From: a virus
Virus record (IMG/VR): IMGVR_UViG_3300027791_000007
Span: 1 to 64,000 of that record
Strand: one strand, 5' to 3'
DNA: 64,000 nt
Part shown: positions 10,767-20,278 of the stretch, piece by piece
How positions within the stretch are numbered: the stretch's first letter is position 1
How the letters are laid out: each line of letters begins with the position of its first letter
Program-made: the position numbers and the translations under genes
Notes under the pieces: generated by a model
Databases searched by the model: none
Told to the model about the DNA's origin: nothing
What the model saw: the letters and a program-made list of their open reading frames with translations, nothing else

Positions 10767-12065
10767 CTATGCACCAGCACCATGTACAGTTTTTAATGTT
10801 GAACCAGAACTATTCTTGATGAGTAGTGTTGATAGACTTTTCATTTCAGCAGAACCTACAGCATCATCTGCAAGTTTATCTTGTGTTACAGCATTGTCTG
10901 CCAGTATCGTACTATTAACTGTACCAGTAGAATCTGTTTTAACCAGTGTATCTGGATACGCAGTTGTAGCAGTCGGTAATGTTACATTTGAAACAGTAGT
11001 TAAATCTAGAGATGTTGGTTCTGCCGCAGTTATACCAGATGAAATTGATGCCACGGTTTCTCCTTGAGCAGATGTTACTGAACCACTTCCACCAATAGGT
11101 ACAGTAGTAACTCCAGCAGCAAGTCCAGCATTATCCACATGTTGATGTCCAACTAGAGATATATTACTTGCAATTACATCGCCCGATGTATAAGTCGTAT
11201 TACCAGTAGTTGCAGTATGAGTAAATGTTTCAGTTGTTTCATTATGTGTTGTATAAGTTTCGTTCATAGTTTCAGCAACTATGTTAATTGTTTTTGCTTT
11301 TATATTTAATGTATCGTCTACTGTTAGGTTCGCCGACCCCTTAACATGGACGAAATCATTTGCATGAATGACTTCATAATTGTTACCCACCACCCTTGTG
11401 ATTTTTGAACCGTCTGGTCGCATTTCATAGAATGTTCCAGTTCTATGGTATTCGTGTATTCTCTCATTGCTCGATGTGTCATCGTATTCTTTGATATGGC
11501 CAGTCTCTGATTCAAATACATGGTTGTAAGGATACTTGGATGCTGAATGTGACCCAACTGGTTCATCCCAAGGTTCTCCACTTGCAACGGCAACTTGCTT
11601 ATCTCTTTTGGATTCTTTAAGTTGGATAATTTCATGTGGTTTGTCATCGGCTCCACCCTTCGCTAAACGGTTGACATCACTTTCATTTAAGTGGGTTGAT
11701 AAAGGATAGTGACCATTTGGATCATTGAAACCTTTTGTTTTATCCGCTGTTGTTTGTGGATAGCCTGGTAGTGTTCCAATAATTACTGGTTGTTGTTTTA
11801 ATTCAGCATCTCTAAAGAAACCAATAACCCATGTACCCTCAACCATGAAAGGTATACTCACACCCTTACCATTCATAGATGGCGTTGTTATCGGTAACAT
11901 TATGTGAGCCCAAGGTAATGACGCTGTAGGGATTTTCACTTTATCTTCTGTGTGAAACCCTAAGCATCTTACACGGACTCTTCCTAGTAAAGCTGGGTCG
12001 TGTCTATCTTCAACGACACCAGTAAACCAGACGAATCCATCTAGGCCCATGAAATTATTTGACAT
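10767..12065 (-). CDS. gp5: baseplate hub / cell-puncturing spike gp5 (no lysozyme domain)
   Basis: WFTGVVEDRHDP.LGRVRVRC OB-fold, YPYNHVFESETGHIKEYDDT...ERIHEYHRTGTFYE beta-helix start, HxH tip motif (GHQH). Confidence 0.9.
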   Translation of the reverse strand: MSNNFMGLDGFVWFTGVVEDRHDPALLGRVRVRCLGFHTEDKVKIPTASLPWAHIMLPITTPSMNGKGVSIPFMVEGTWVIGFFRDAELKQQPVIIGTLPGYPQTTADKTKGFNDPNGHYPLSTHLNESDVNRLAKGGADDKPHEIIQLKESKRDKQVAVASGEPWDEPVGSHSASKYPYNHVFESETGHIKEYDDTSSNERIHEYHRTGTFYEMRPDGSKITRVVGNNYEVIHANDFVHVKGSANLTVDDTLNIKAKTINIVAETMNETYTTHNETTETFTHTATTGNTTYTSGDVIASNISLVGHQHVDNAGLAAGVTTVPIGGSGSVTSAQGETVASISSGITAAEPTSLDLTTVSNVTLPTATTAYPDTLVKTDSTGTVNSTILADNAVTQDKLADDAVGSAEMKSLSTLLIKNSSGSTLKTVHGAGA

Positions 12066-12085
12066 GCTGACTCCTATTATATTAT

Positions 12086-12093
12086 TATTTATA
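12086..12093 (-). promoter_or_regulatory. T4-type late promoter TATAAATA
   Basis: Exact consensus upstream of gp5. Confidence 0.7.
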
Positions 12094-12319
12094 AAGGATT
12101 ATCATCTTGTTCTTTGGATTTGAATCTAGGTTTTTCTCTCATAGTTAATTGAGCGTGAAACTTTTGTTTTACTGGTTCTTTATCTTCACTATAATTTATC
12201 ATCATAGATATTGCTTTGTAACCATCACCAATAAAAAGTAATAGATTATTTTTGTATAGTCTGCTTTTGGTTGTAGTTGTTAAATCTATTTCCATATCTT
12301 CGTGTTGAAATATTCCCAT
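12089..12319 (-). CDS. hypothetical protein
   Basis: 76 aa ORF tiling with neighbours. Confidence 0.6.
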   Translation of the reverse strand: MGIFQHEDMEIDLTTTTKSRLYKNNLLLFIGDGYKAISMMINYSEDKEPVKQKFHAQLTMREKPRFKSKEQDDNPL

Positions 12320-12320
12320 G

Positions 12321-12647
12321 TTATTTTACTGCTTCATTAAGACTATCTATGACACTTCCAATGTTAGGTTCTGAACCAAATGGATTATACTTACATTTAT
12401 ATTGTCGTGGACATTTATTTTCGATAGCCATTTCATAGGTTTTATTTTGTCCTTGATATATACAAACTTCGTCACCAGATTTAGTCTTTACTCGTTTCAT
12501 GAGTCTGCAAGTAACCATCTTTGGTAGAACTATATCACCCCTTTGAATCTTCTGCTGACGAGTATAATCCTTTTTACTACCAATAGTTTTTGCACCAGCA
12601 ATTGCAAGTGTGGGTATAAGTAATAGTAATGCAATGTACTTAATCAT
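12321..12647 (-). CDS. hypothetical secreted Cys-containing protein
   Basis: N-terminal signal-like hydrophobic stretch, four Cys; coupled to the upstream ORF by ATGA overlap. Confidence 0.65.
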   Translation of the reverse strand: MIKYIALLLLIPTLAIAGAKTIGSKKDYTRQQKIQRGDIVLPKMVTCRLMKRVKTKSGDEVCIYQGQNKTYEMAIENKCPRQYKCKYNPFGSEPNIGSVIDSLNEAVK

Positions 12648-12868
12648 TTGTATATTGAAACTTTCTGTGGGTCTACCTTACGAGGTTCACATACTGCTAT
12701 ATACTTTTGACTCTTAGGTTGATCTTCACCAGCTCTTCTATTAGGAACTGCTGGTTGTCTGTTTAATCTTTCTGCATAATACTTGCAGTTGTCTATACTA
12801 TAGAAGTGCATATCTTGACTAATTATCTTACCCCCCAAATATAGTATCAATAAAAAAGCGTGTGTCAT
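12644..12868 (-). CDS. hypothetical small protein with two Cys
   Basis: Hydrophobic N-terminus, F.SI..C...A and C.P pattern; tiles with neighbours. Confidence 0.6.
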   Translation of the reverse strand: MTHAFLLILYLGGKIISQDMHFYSIDNCKYYAERLNRQPAVPNRRAGEDQPKSQKYIAVCEPRKVDPQKVSIYK

Positions 12869-13350
12869 TATCCCAATCTTGAATAGTAAATTGAACCAAC
12901 AAATATACCGATAATCACAATAATAGAAAGTGCTACCATACCAATCATTTTTAAAGCATCTATAAACTCTTTATGTTCTTTTGCTTTTTTTATTCTCTCT
13001 TGTCTTTGTAGTTCTTTATGTTCTTGGATTCGTCTTGCTCGTTCTTCCATAATCTCTCGCCAAGTATTTGGGCCGAAACGTAAGTTAATCATTTGAGATA
13101 TTTCTTGCAGTTGTTCGGCAGCTAGTCTGGCGTCAATTGCTTCTCTTGCAATATGTGTAGTGTCAAACTGTTCTCTAACACCCAATCCTTTTTTAGAGTT
13201 TGTTCTATTGACTTCATCGTTACCTCGTAGAAGCCCATCTATGGCTCCACCGATTTCACTAATATCTTTACAAGTGTCTAAATTTGATTTGATGAAATCT
13301 ACACTGGCCTTAACCAAGGAGATCCCAGCAAGTATTTCTGCTATAGGCAT
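12868..13350 (-). CDS. hypothetical coiled-coil protein with C-terminal TM helix
   Basis: Probable start MPIAEILAG after AGAGG RBS; late promoter TATAAATA at 13389-13396. Confidence 0.7.
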   Translation of the reverse strand: MPIAEILAGISLVKASVDFIKSNLDTCKDISEIGGAIDGLLRGNDEVNRTNSKKGLGVREQFDTTHIAREAIDARLAAEQLQEISQMINLRFGPNTWREIMEERARRIQEHKELQRQERIKKAKEHKEFIDALKMIGMVALSIIVIIGIFVGSIYYSRLG

Positions 13351-13401
13351 ATATAGTCCTCTCATCTCTCACCAAAAGAGTTCAGAACTATTTATAAGAA
13401 A

Positions 13402-13635
13402 CTACTTTATTAGTTTAGCGTCATACTCTTTATTTGTGAAATCATTCATTTGATCGAGATGAAAGGGTAAATCTTGATCTCTTATAAATTGAATGTCCAA
13501 GTGATACATAATTTGTCTGTTTGCAGATAGCTGTCTATTTCTTTGCATTTGAACTATTGTGTTGTGAACTGATTTGTAAATAGCGTCACATACTTTACAT
13601 GTTTCTTGCCATACGGCTGTGCTGATAGCACTCAT
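13402..13635 (-). CDS. small hypothetical protein
   Basis: Strong GGAGG RBS; late promoter TATAAATA at 13683-13690; CxxC near the N-terminus. Confidence 0.65.
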   Translation of the reverse strand: MSAISTAVWQETCKVCDAIYKSVHNTIVQMQRNRQLSANRQIMYHLDIQFIRDQDLPFHLDQMNDFTNKEYDAKLIK

Positions 13636-13741
13636 TGTGGTCCTCCCTAATGTGTGAATTATAATCTTTTTGATTACACTTATATTTATACTGGAACGAC
13701 TGATTCTAAATCGAACAACACTGTTGTCTAAATGGAAACAG

Positions 13742-14353
13742 TCAACAACCTATGGATTTAGGATCGTCATCATATAACATAGAGTCTTGATATCCATTTG
13801 GAATAGTACTTTCTGGTTTTGTAAACTTAAAACTAATGTTACCAGCAACAACTATTCTTTCATTCTCTGATTCACTCTTAGGAACAGAATGTTTTATATT
13901 ACTTGGAAAGATAATCAAGTCACCTATCTCTGGTTCAAAAACTTGTTTGACTTCTGGAAAGACAAGTGGTGGTGAAGTCTTATCTACTTTACTATAGTAA
14001 CACCAAGACCATAAAAATGGCCAATGTGTATGTTCAACAACTTCTTCTGACCATCTTTGAACATTTCCCCAACACTCACTATTATGTAATTCAAACTTAC
14101 CAGACATCTTCTCGCACTCTATCATAACGAGGTTTGTAAGTCCTTTAACACAATCATCTTGTTCGTGTAGATACCAACTTGTCATAGTTGCTTTTACATT
14201 TGATAAATGTTTATCATCCGTTGCATGTTTACGAACGGCTTCTTGTATATGTGTATTCTCTACCTTGTCTAAAACATTAAGATGCACAAGAGGTACACGA
14301 ACACTTGCATCGAACATACTACTAGAACTTTTTAATATATCCGTTAAGCCCAT
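13742..14353 (-). CDS. putative 2OG-Fe(II) oxygenase
   Basis: HTH...IIFPSNIKHSV...ERIVVAGN double-stranded beta-helix motif. Confidence 0.8.
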   Translation of the reverse strand: MGLTDILKSSSSMFDASVRVPLVHLNVLDKVENTHIQEAVRKHATDDKHLSNVKATMTSWYLHEQDDCVKGLTNLVMIECEKMSGKFELHNSECWGNVQRWSEEVVEHTHWPFLWSWCYYSKVDKTSPPLVFPEVKQVFEPEIGDLIIFPSNIKHSVPKSESENERIVVAGNISFKFTKPESTIPNGYQDSMLYDDDPKSIGC

Positions 14354-15408
14354 TCTTCCGTCCTCTTCTCTTTTAGTAAATTTATTTTTTTATTACAGAC
14401 ACGATAACATACTCTACATGGTTTGTCAACCCAAGATTCTTTTAGTTTAGTAAACCACTGATTAGTCATGACTTTTGTTGCACCATATTTTATTGCATCA
14501 TGTGAATCATCTTTTAGTATCTCACCTATAAGTCCATCTTCCTCAACTGGATACGATGGTTTGAAATAAGTATCTTTGGTTCTCCATCTGTGTATTGAAG
14601 CACCAACCCAACAACAAGGAACTATCTCACCAGTGTAGTTTACAAATATCTCTTCATAATCATCTTGTAAAGCTTTACACGATATGTCTAGGTTCTCTGG
14701 CGGCCAAGGTATTGTAGAAAGGTTTGGCATCTCCTTTGTTGTTGTCTCTTCTAATTTATGATCCACCCCATCTAACTTATATTTTTTGTATCCTTTACCA
14801 TTGTGAAATCTTGTGGTATACACAGAAATAAATTTTTTGAATCCATACTCTTCCGATAATCTCTTTGCTTCTTCTAGTTGATGTTCATTATGTTTGAACA
14901 CTAGGAAAGACCATTCTGCATTACCACCAGCAGATATAAATGATTTTGCATTTCGTATAATCTTATCGTAGTTTGTTCTATGTCTATACAATGCATGTGT
15001 AATATTATCTGTACCATCTAGTGCAAACACAACTCTACGATTTTTGTTATTAAACATACTTCCGAAATGATACCACCATTCTTCTGTCTTTAAACTTCCG
15101 TTAGTAGTAACATTAAGTATTATCTTTGGATTATTAAATATGAAGAACTCTACAATCTCATGTAAATCTTTAGTTGCGATAGGGTCAGAATAGTTTCCGA
15201 CAAATCTTACATTTGATATTTGGTGTGTATTCCAGAACTCATCATCAAAGATTCTTTCTATATCTTCAAGTCTAAGTTCTGTAGTTTGCATACCAGCCTG
15301 TAATCTTAATTCACCATTAGCAGAAGTGTTTCTACCACACTGTGGACACATGGCATTACACTTGTTAGATAATTCTATATGAACCTTTAAAGGTTTTCCG
15401 CTATACAT
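14344..15408 (-). CDS. radical SAM protein with C-terminal SPASM/twitch domain
   Basis: CNAMCPQC; GNYSDP; TNGS; C-terminal C...GEIVPCC...CRVCYRVC. Confidence 0.9.
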   Translation of the reverse strand: MYSGKPLKVHIELSNKCNAMCPQCGRNTSANGELRLQAGMQTTELRLEDIERIFDDEFWNTHQISNVRFVGNYSDPIATKDLHEIVEFFIFNNPKIILNVTTNGSLKTEEWWYHFGSMFNNKNRRVVFALDGTDNITHALYRHRTNYDKIIRNAKSFISAGGNAEWSFLVFKHNEHQLEEAKRLSEEYGFKKFISVYTTRFHNGKGYKKYKLDGVDHKLEETTTKEMPNLSTIPWPPENLDISCKALQDDYEEIFVNYTGEIVPCCWVGASIHRWRTKDTYFKPSYPVEEDGLIGEILKDDSHDAIKYGATKVMTNQWFTKLKESWVDKPCRVCYRVCNKKINLLKEKRTEEWA

Positions 15409-15579
15409 TTACCACCATCCTAACAATCTACCATTGCCTGTGATAATCATAAGACAAGTTACAATGTGTAATATAAACCAAGGTGTTCTCATGAGTAGAT
15501 GAATGTGATCATCCTTCTTGTCATTATCATATGCACGACTACCCATTGCCTTACACCAATGTCTCCACAACTTGTTCAT
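15409..15579 (-). CDS. small membrane protein (56 aa)
   Basis: Not in the track: MNKLWRHWCKAMGSRAYDNDKKDDHIHLLMRTPWFILHIVTCLMIITGNGRLLGWW; abuts both neighbours. Confidence 0.65.
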   Translation of the reverse strand: MNKLWRHWCKAMGSRAYDNDKKDDHIHLLMRTPWFILHIVTCLMIITGNGRLLGWW

Positions 15580-15869
15580 CAATCCATTTCCGTAGGTCTT
15601 AATTGAGATTCTTTTAAAAGTGATAAAGAAGCTTGTACAACTCTTTGGGGATATTTAATATCGTATCCAGTTCCTGCTTTAAGTGATTCTAAATCAAGTA
15701 ATGGTTTGTGCCAGTGTTCTAATGTATCCCACTTCTCTATAAGTTGTTTACATATGTCATCATATTCTGTATCGTCTATTAGACTTTCGTTTTCTTTGTA
15801 ATAACAATATGATAACATTAAATAATAAGGAACTAACATGTTAGGATTTGTAAGGTAAGGTTTCTTCAT
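15579..15869 (-). CDS. stand-alone NAD-dependent DNA ligase domain Ia-like protein
   Basis: YY-x7-DxEYD (YYKENESLIDDTEYD) matches the LigA subdomain Ia motif; no adenylation domain follows. Confidence 0.6.
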   Translation of the reverse strand: MKKPYLTNPNMLVPYYLMLSYCYYKENESLIDDTEYDDICKQLIEKWDTLEHWHKPLLDLESLKAGTGYDIKYPQRVVQASLSLLKESQLRPTEMD

Positions 15870-16084
15870 TCGCCAACTCTCATCCATTTTTCACTAGGCC
15901 GTCCTCTCATCATAGTTCTTTGGGTTCGCATGTCATCATTATATATTACAGTAGTATAGATAAGACCACAAATTAAATAGAATTTTAAAAAGAAACTAAA
16001 CACCGGCAACTTTCATACATATGAGTATTGATATAACTAACATAGTCAGTACCAGATACTTTTTATCTTGATGAGGTTCAAACA

Positions 16085-16717
16085 TCACATCTTCCTTAAC
16101 ATTGTTATACTTCCTTGGCGGAACTTGTTAGGTTCTACAATATCCATACGGTATGCACTTCCGCTCGCATTATTTAGTATTGCATCCATGTTCTTATTTG
16201 GTTCTCCTTTAAAGTAAGTAAAGTGAAAGAAACAATATTCAGAACATAAATCCCAATACTCTTTCATAAACTGTTCATACTCTTCTGGCCCACCACAATC
16301 AAACCATACGAAATCAAACTTACCATACTTCGGTTCTATCCATTCTCGCATACCTTGGAACTTACCGTCAATTAATTCTATCCAGTGTTTCTGAGGCACT
16401 TCGACCCGACCGAGCGACATATCATCTATAATCACATAACGAGGATCATAAGGTTTCTTATAGTACTCCATATCATGATTATCATCAAAGTCTATTTGGT
16501 AGTTCTGTTCTATCGCCTCGGCAATAAACGGAGTCGTATATCCAACACCCACTTCCAGTATTCGCTGAGGACGTACCATACGAATCATACTCGCAAGAAA
16601 CGGCCCTACGTTCTCTGTTCCGAAACCTTTCCGATAATACTTCTCAAACCGTTTTTGAGGTTTGACCGCTGCTGATATCACATCAAATGTATTAGCGTCT
16701 TTTTCCAGTGCTGTCAT
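16085..16717 (-). CDS. class I SAM-dependent methyltransferase (Methyltransf_24-like)
   Basis: RPQRILEVGVGYTT motif I; FDFVWFDCG. Confidence 0.75.
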   Translation of the reverse strand: MTALEKDANTFDVISAAVKPQKRFEKYYRKGFGTENVGPFLASMIRMVRPQRILEVGVGYTTPFIAEAIEQNYQIDFDDNHDMEYYKKPYDPRYVIIDDMSLGRVEVPQKHWIELIDGKFQGMREWIEPKYGKFDFVWFDCGGPEEYEQFMKEYWDLCSEYCFFHFTYFKGEPNKNMDAILNNASGSAYRMDIVEPNKFRQGSITMLRKM

Positions 16718-17045
16718 CGTTTGCTTCCTTCTCTGATAGAACAACCAAACCACCCTTATTGTATGCCTGTCCTATGTTATAAGATTTAGTTAATGTATAC
16801 TTCTGACCCCTTAGACAAGGACTCCAATCATATTCGGATATATCTTTTTGGGGTAGTGCAACTGAAACACGCTCAGTTTTAGGGGGTGGGGCCTTTGCTT
16901 TGGAACTAGGGTCGTATCCCATACGTTTGAGATACTTCTCATGTTCTGCAATAGCAGCAACCATCTTCGCTGTAACCTTACGGTTCTTACGCTTCTTGTG
17001 ATTGTTTGTATTCCAATACGCTGGAAGTAAATGCATACCACTCAT
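16692..17045 (-). CDS. hypothetical basic protein
   Basis: MHLLP..., HEKYLKRMG, C-terminal IGQAYNKGGLVV motif typical of T4-like phage ORFans. Confidence 0.7.
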   Translation of the reverse strand: MSGMHLLPAYWNTNNHKKRKNRKVTAKMVAAIAEHEKYLKRMGYDPSSKAKAPPPKTERVSVALPQKDISEYDWSPCLRGQKYTLTKSYNIGQAYNKGGLVVLSEKEANDDSTGKRR

Positions 17046-17122
17046 ATTAAATCTCCATTATCATCCATATTGTAATCCACTGTATTGCCACAAAGGCAAA
17101 CACACATAACCATATCTTCATG

Positions 17123-17383
17123 TTATGCTCCCCAATACCATTTCATAATACCACTTGTATTAATGAATAGTCCTACAGCATTAATGAATATCAATGCACG
17201 ATCATGCCACCAATATCCAACTAACAACCATCCTACCAGACCACACCAGAAGAACATAAGATTGAATGGTTCTAAACCACCCACAGATGTTAACGCTTGT
17301 GCAATGATTAAGAACACAGAGGATACCCATTTGACATACCAATCCTTAGTATAGACTGGCGTATACTTTGTAATGTCTATCAT
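17123..17383 (-). CDS. small 3-TM membrane protein
   Basis: DWYVKW...GWLLVGYWWHDRALIFIN hydrophobic pattern. Confidence 0.7.
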   Translation of the reverse strand: MIDITKYTPVYTKDWYVKWVSSVFLIIAQALTSVGGLEPFNLMFFWCGLVGWLLVGYWWHDRALIFINAVGLFINTSGIMKWYWGA

Positions 17384-17565
17384 ACCAAGGACTCCTTTGC
17401 ATATGCAGAACGATATGTTACAAACGCTTCAATTACTTTGTCGTTAACTGCATAGGGATTACGTTCAATAAACACTTCCAGTTCTTTCCAAGTTAATCCC
17501 AGAAAATCCATCTCTCCCTTTAGAATAGTAGTCGCACCTTTTAATCTCATCATATAAACCTTTCA

Positions 17566-17892
17566 ATTGTATTATAGAATCATAATACCACACATACGAG
17601 CAAATGTCAAGATGTTTTTATAACTTTTTTTAATAAAGTTCGTGATCCTGCCAAGTCCACTCAGATACTCTATCGACAGAAGTTCTATCAGCAAATATCA
17701 AAGTGTCAGTATCCCAATCAACATCACCATGACTACGATGATCGTGCCATCTGTGAACAAAGTCAACATTCCAAACACGAGAAACTCTCTGTACTTGGTC
17801 GTCTGTCATACCGAAAACATGAACTGCCATTTCAAACCCCTTTCTCATTGTATTATAGAATCATAATACCACACATACGAGCAAATGTCAAG
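17566..17892 (-). repeat. 46-bp exact direct repeat (17566-17611 and 17847-17892), each containing a sigma70-type early promoter
   Basis: Identical ATTGTATTATAGAATCATAATACCACACATACGAGCAAATGTCAAG twice; on the minus strand TTGACA-N17-TATTAT. Confidence 0.9.
17630..17830 (-). CDS. hypothetical protein flanked by duplicated promoters
   Basis: MAVHVFG...HRWHDHRSHGD; RBS AAAGGGG. Confidence 0.6.
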   Translation of the reverse strand: MAVHVFGMTDDQVQRVSRVWNVDFVHRWHDHRSHGDVDWDTDTLIFADRTSVDRVSEWTWQDHELY

Positions 17893-17914
17893 TAAATTCT
17901 TTAAGTACCTACTA

Positions 17915-18095
17915 TTGCATTTATAGATTGCCTGAGGCCACTACAGTATTAACCCCCCCCTATGCTAGCTGAGAGGACACAGTGTGATAACAGAAGAGAG
18001 CGCCCAACACATCATGACACCATACTATGGAACTTTCTAGCAGAGCTGCTATCTGTCAACCAACCCACCTTAATGAACACTCTCTTCTGATTCTA
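17915..18095 (-). ncRNA. candidate structured small RNA
   Basis: Downstream of TTGACA-N17-TACTAT (18127-18099); 16-bp closing helix with three G-U pairs; internal hairpins; no convincing ORF. Confidence 0.5.
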
Positions 18096-18404
18096 TTAAT
18101 AGTACCACACTTAGCGGCTAATGTCAAGTACTATTTAAGCTTCTCCCAGCATATCTCCCATCAATCTCTCTGTTGTATGCATCTCTTAGCCTTATCTAAG
18201 TAAGCACTATAGTTATTCTGAATGGCATACAAGTACTATTATACACACATATGGAGCGCTTGTCAAGTCTTTTTTTAATTATTTCTGTATTATTTCTGGG
18301 AGCTCTCTGTGAAAATTCGGTCTCTGACAGACTTTAAACACAAAGGATGTATGTTTATTTCGCCATTTAATTAAAGTGTCCGATTATCCCATAATATCCC
18401 ATGA

Positions 18405-19181
18405 TTACCCATTCGTTTCCGCTAACACGGGTTTTAGTCTATTCTCTCTCATGAAATCTTCTACTCTTATAGTGGGTCTCCAACCTATACTCTTCATGAT
18501 ACTGATGTCAGCAAGGGTCGTATGTCTCTCATATGCCATCTCTGGGTACTCTTCTATTGTATGGCATGGTAGGTCTGGGCGTATATCTTGTATTGATATG
18601 TTAGTGCCTGTACCTATGTCTACTACTCCCTTGATATGGTGATGTTTTATGAGTTTCTTTATAGCACTGCATATATCGTTTACATGTATGAAGTCTCTTC
18701 TGTGATTTGTTGTATATGTTAGTTCATTGTTTATTAATTTATCAAATAGCATACCCTTTCTAGGCGTGCTACTATATACGGTGTGAAACCTCATGAATAC
18801 TACGTTCTTATGTGGTATTGATTCTGCTACATACTTACTCCCAGCATATGGATTTAAAGCAGGTTCATACGCTGTGCTGCTTGATGCAACTAAGCATCTT
18901 ATGTTCTTATAATGTTCTAATATACGTTGTGTTCCTATGACGTTTGTTTTCCAATAGTCAGCAGGTCGATTCATTGACTCTCTTACACCTCCTATACCAG
19001 CAAGATGAATCACCATGTCTATATTGCTTGGCAATTCTGCTCTCGTAATACATTGATGGTCGGTAACTTGATTAGGTGTAGGTCTGTGTATATCTAGTCC
19101 AGAGAGTACATGGTCGTCTCTCAGCGCATCCGTGAGTGCCGTTCCGATGAAACCCTTATGTCCAGTGATAAGTATGTTCAT
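18405..19181 (-). CDS. NAD-dependent epimerase/dehydratase
   Basis: ILITGHKGFIG, VIHLA, ASSS, YAGSK, RDFIHVND. Confidence 0.9.
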   Translation of the reverse strand: MNILITGHKGFIGTALTDALRDDHVLSGLDIHRPTPNQVTDHQCITRAELPSNIDMVIHLAGIGGVRESMNRPADYWKTNVIGTQRILEHYKNIRCLVASSSTAYEPALNPYAGSKYVAESIPHKNVVFMRFHTVYSSTPRKGMLFDKLINNELTYTTNHRRDFIHVNDICSAIKKLIKHHHIKGVVDIGTGTNISIQDIRPDLPCHTIEEYPEMAYERHTTLADISIMKSIGWRPTIRVEDFMRENRLKPVLAETNG

Positions 19182-19266
19182 TTCGACTGTTTATGCGATG
19201 CTAATTAGCATGGCAGTGTATCCCATCCATACGAATATGTAAAATGCAGTAGCATATACTCCCCAT

Positions 19267-19479
19267 TTAATTAATTGTAACATTGACTCGATTCCCATAT
19301 TTTACGATGAGTGCTTCTAGCACACGATTCCAATACTGTGTAGACCATTCTGTGCTACACATATCTATTTGTTGACTTACATTATTTTGACGAGTTGCCG
19401 CTAGATTCTCGTCCAGAAGAGCGAGTGGACAATCTGGACTATCCATTCCAAGGACATCATGATTTTTTAATCTTCTCAT
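19267..19479 (-). CDS. hypothetical protein
   Basis: 70 aa ORF in an early gene run. Confidence 0.55.
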   Translation of the reverse strand: MRRLKNHDVLGMDSPDCPLALLDENLAATRQNNVSQQIDMCSTEWSTQYWNRVLEALIVKYGNRVNVTIN

Positions 19480-19642
19480 TTCTCATTCCACTTCAAGATT
19501 TCAACAACACCATCCTTACTTACCTTACAGCGTAAGAATCCATCATGTATTAACTTATCAATTGTTGTTTCAATAGCAGTTCTGCTAAACAAATAATAAG
19601 TCACGACTGACCCCACGACATATGCGCCGAACATCCACCCAA

Positions 19643-19897
19643 TCATATTTGTATTGTTTCCATATGAAAGAGATCAGCGGCCTTTTTACCCTTATTGGCA
19701 AATGCCTCTAATGCCTTATCAACAGATTCTTTCTCTGTTGGAGCAGTATAGGACACACACTGTCGTAACGCTTGGCGTTTCATCATATGTGGTATCTTAG
19801 ACTCCTTCGTCACAAACCCTATCTGATGTAACAGTCCTTCGATAAAAGTACGATCTGTATTGATAAAGACGGTGGTCTTAAACATAGTTTTTTTCAT
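19643..19897 (-). CDS. hypothetical protein
   Basis: AAGGAA RBS, 84 aa. Confidence 0.6.
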   Translation of the reverse strand: MKKTMFKTTVFINTDRTFIEGLLHQIGFVTKESKIPHMMKRQALRQCVSYTAPTEKESVDKALEAFANKGKKAADLFHMETIQI

Positions 19898-19918
19898 GTA
19901 GTTTTCCTTATTCGCTGA

Positions 19919-20278
19919 TTAAAGATAAAGCGGGCCAGTCCAGCGTATACCGAAACCCCCTTCTAGAACATTACCACGAGCGGCATTACGAGCAGGAGCA
20001 TTAAATCCTGCAGCTTTAAGTAAGTCACCCTTTTTAAATTTTGAATCTTGAGTCGTATTGACTACAAATCCCCATACTTGACCCATTCGGCCTGATGTGT
20101 GGTCGGATACACGACCAATCTTAATATATTTTTGTCCTACTTTAATCATGAACCCATCACGAAATTCATCAGAAGTTCTATGTGAGAAATCCATACTCTT
20201 ATAGTCATGTGCAGCAGCATCTAACATATTGTTGATACCGTCCATTACATCATCGAATTGTTTTTTAATCTGTGTCAT
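19919..20278 (-). CDS. conserved phage early protein
   Basis: GQKYIKI...VWGFV...KGDLLKAAGFNAPARNAARGNV...WTGPLYL, a widespread phage family. Confidence 0.8.
   Translation of the reverse strand: MTQIKKQFDDVMDGINNMLDAAAHDYKSMDFSHRTSDEFRDGFMIKVGQKYIKIGRVSDHTSGRMGQVWGFVVNTTQDSKFKKGDLLKAAGFNAPARNAARGNVLEGGFGIRWTGPLYL

Noticed and set aside
17915-18095. Retron msr/msd or DGR template
   Set aside because: No reverse transcriptase in the window, and the paralog differences are not obviously adenine-specific.
17566-18270. CRISPR-like repeat array
   Set aside because: Only two exact copies with a 235-nt gene-containing spacer; the repeats are promoters and there are no cas genes.
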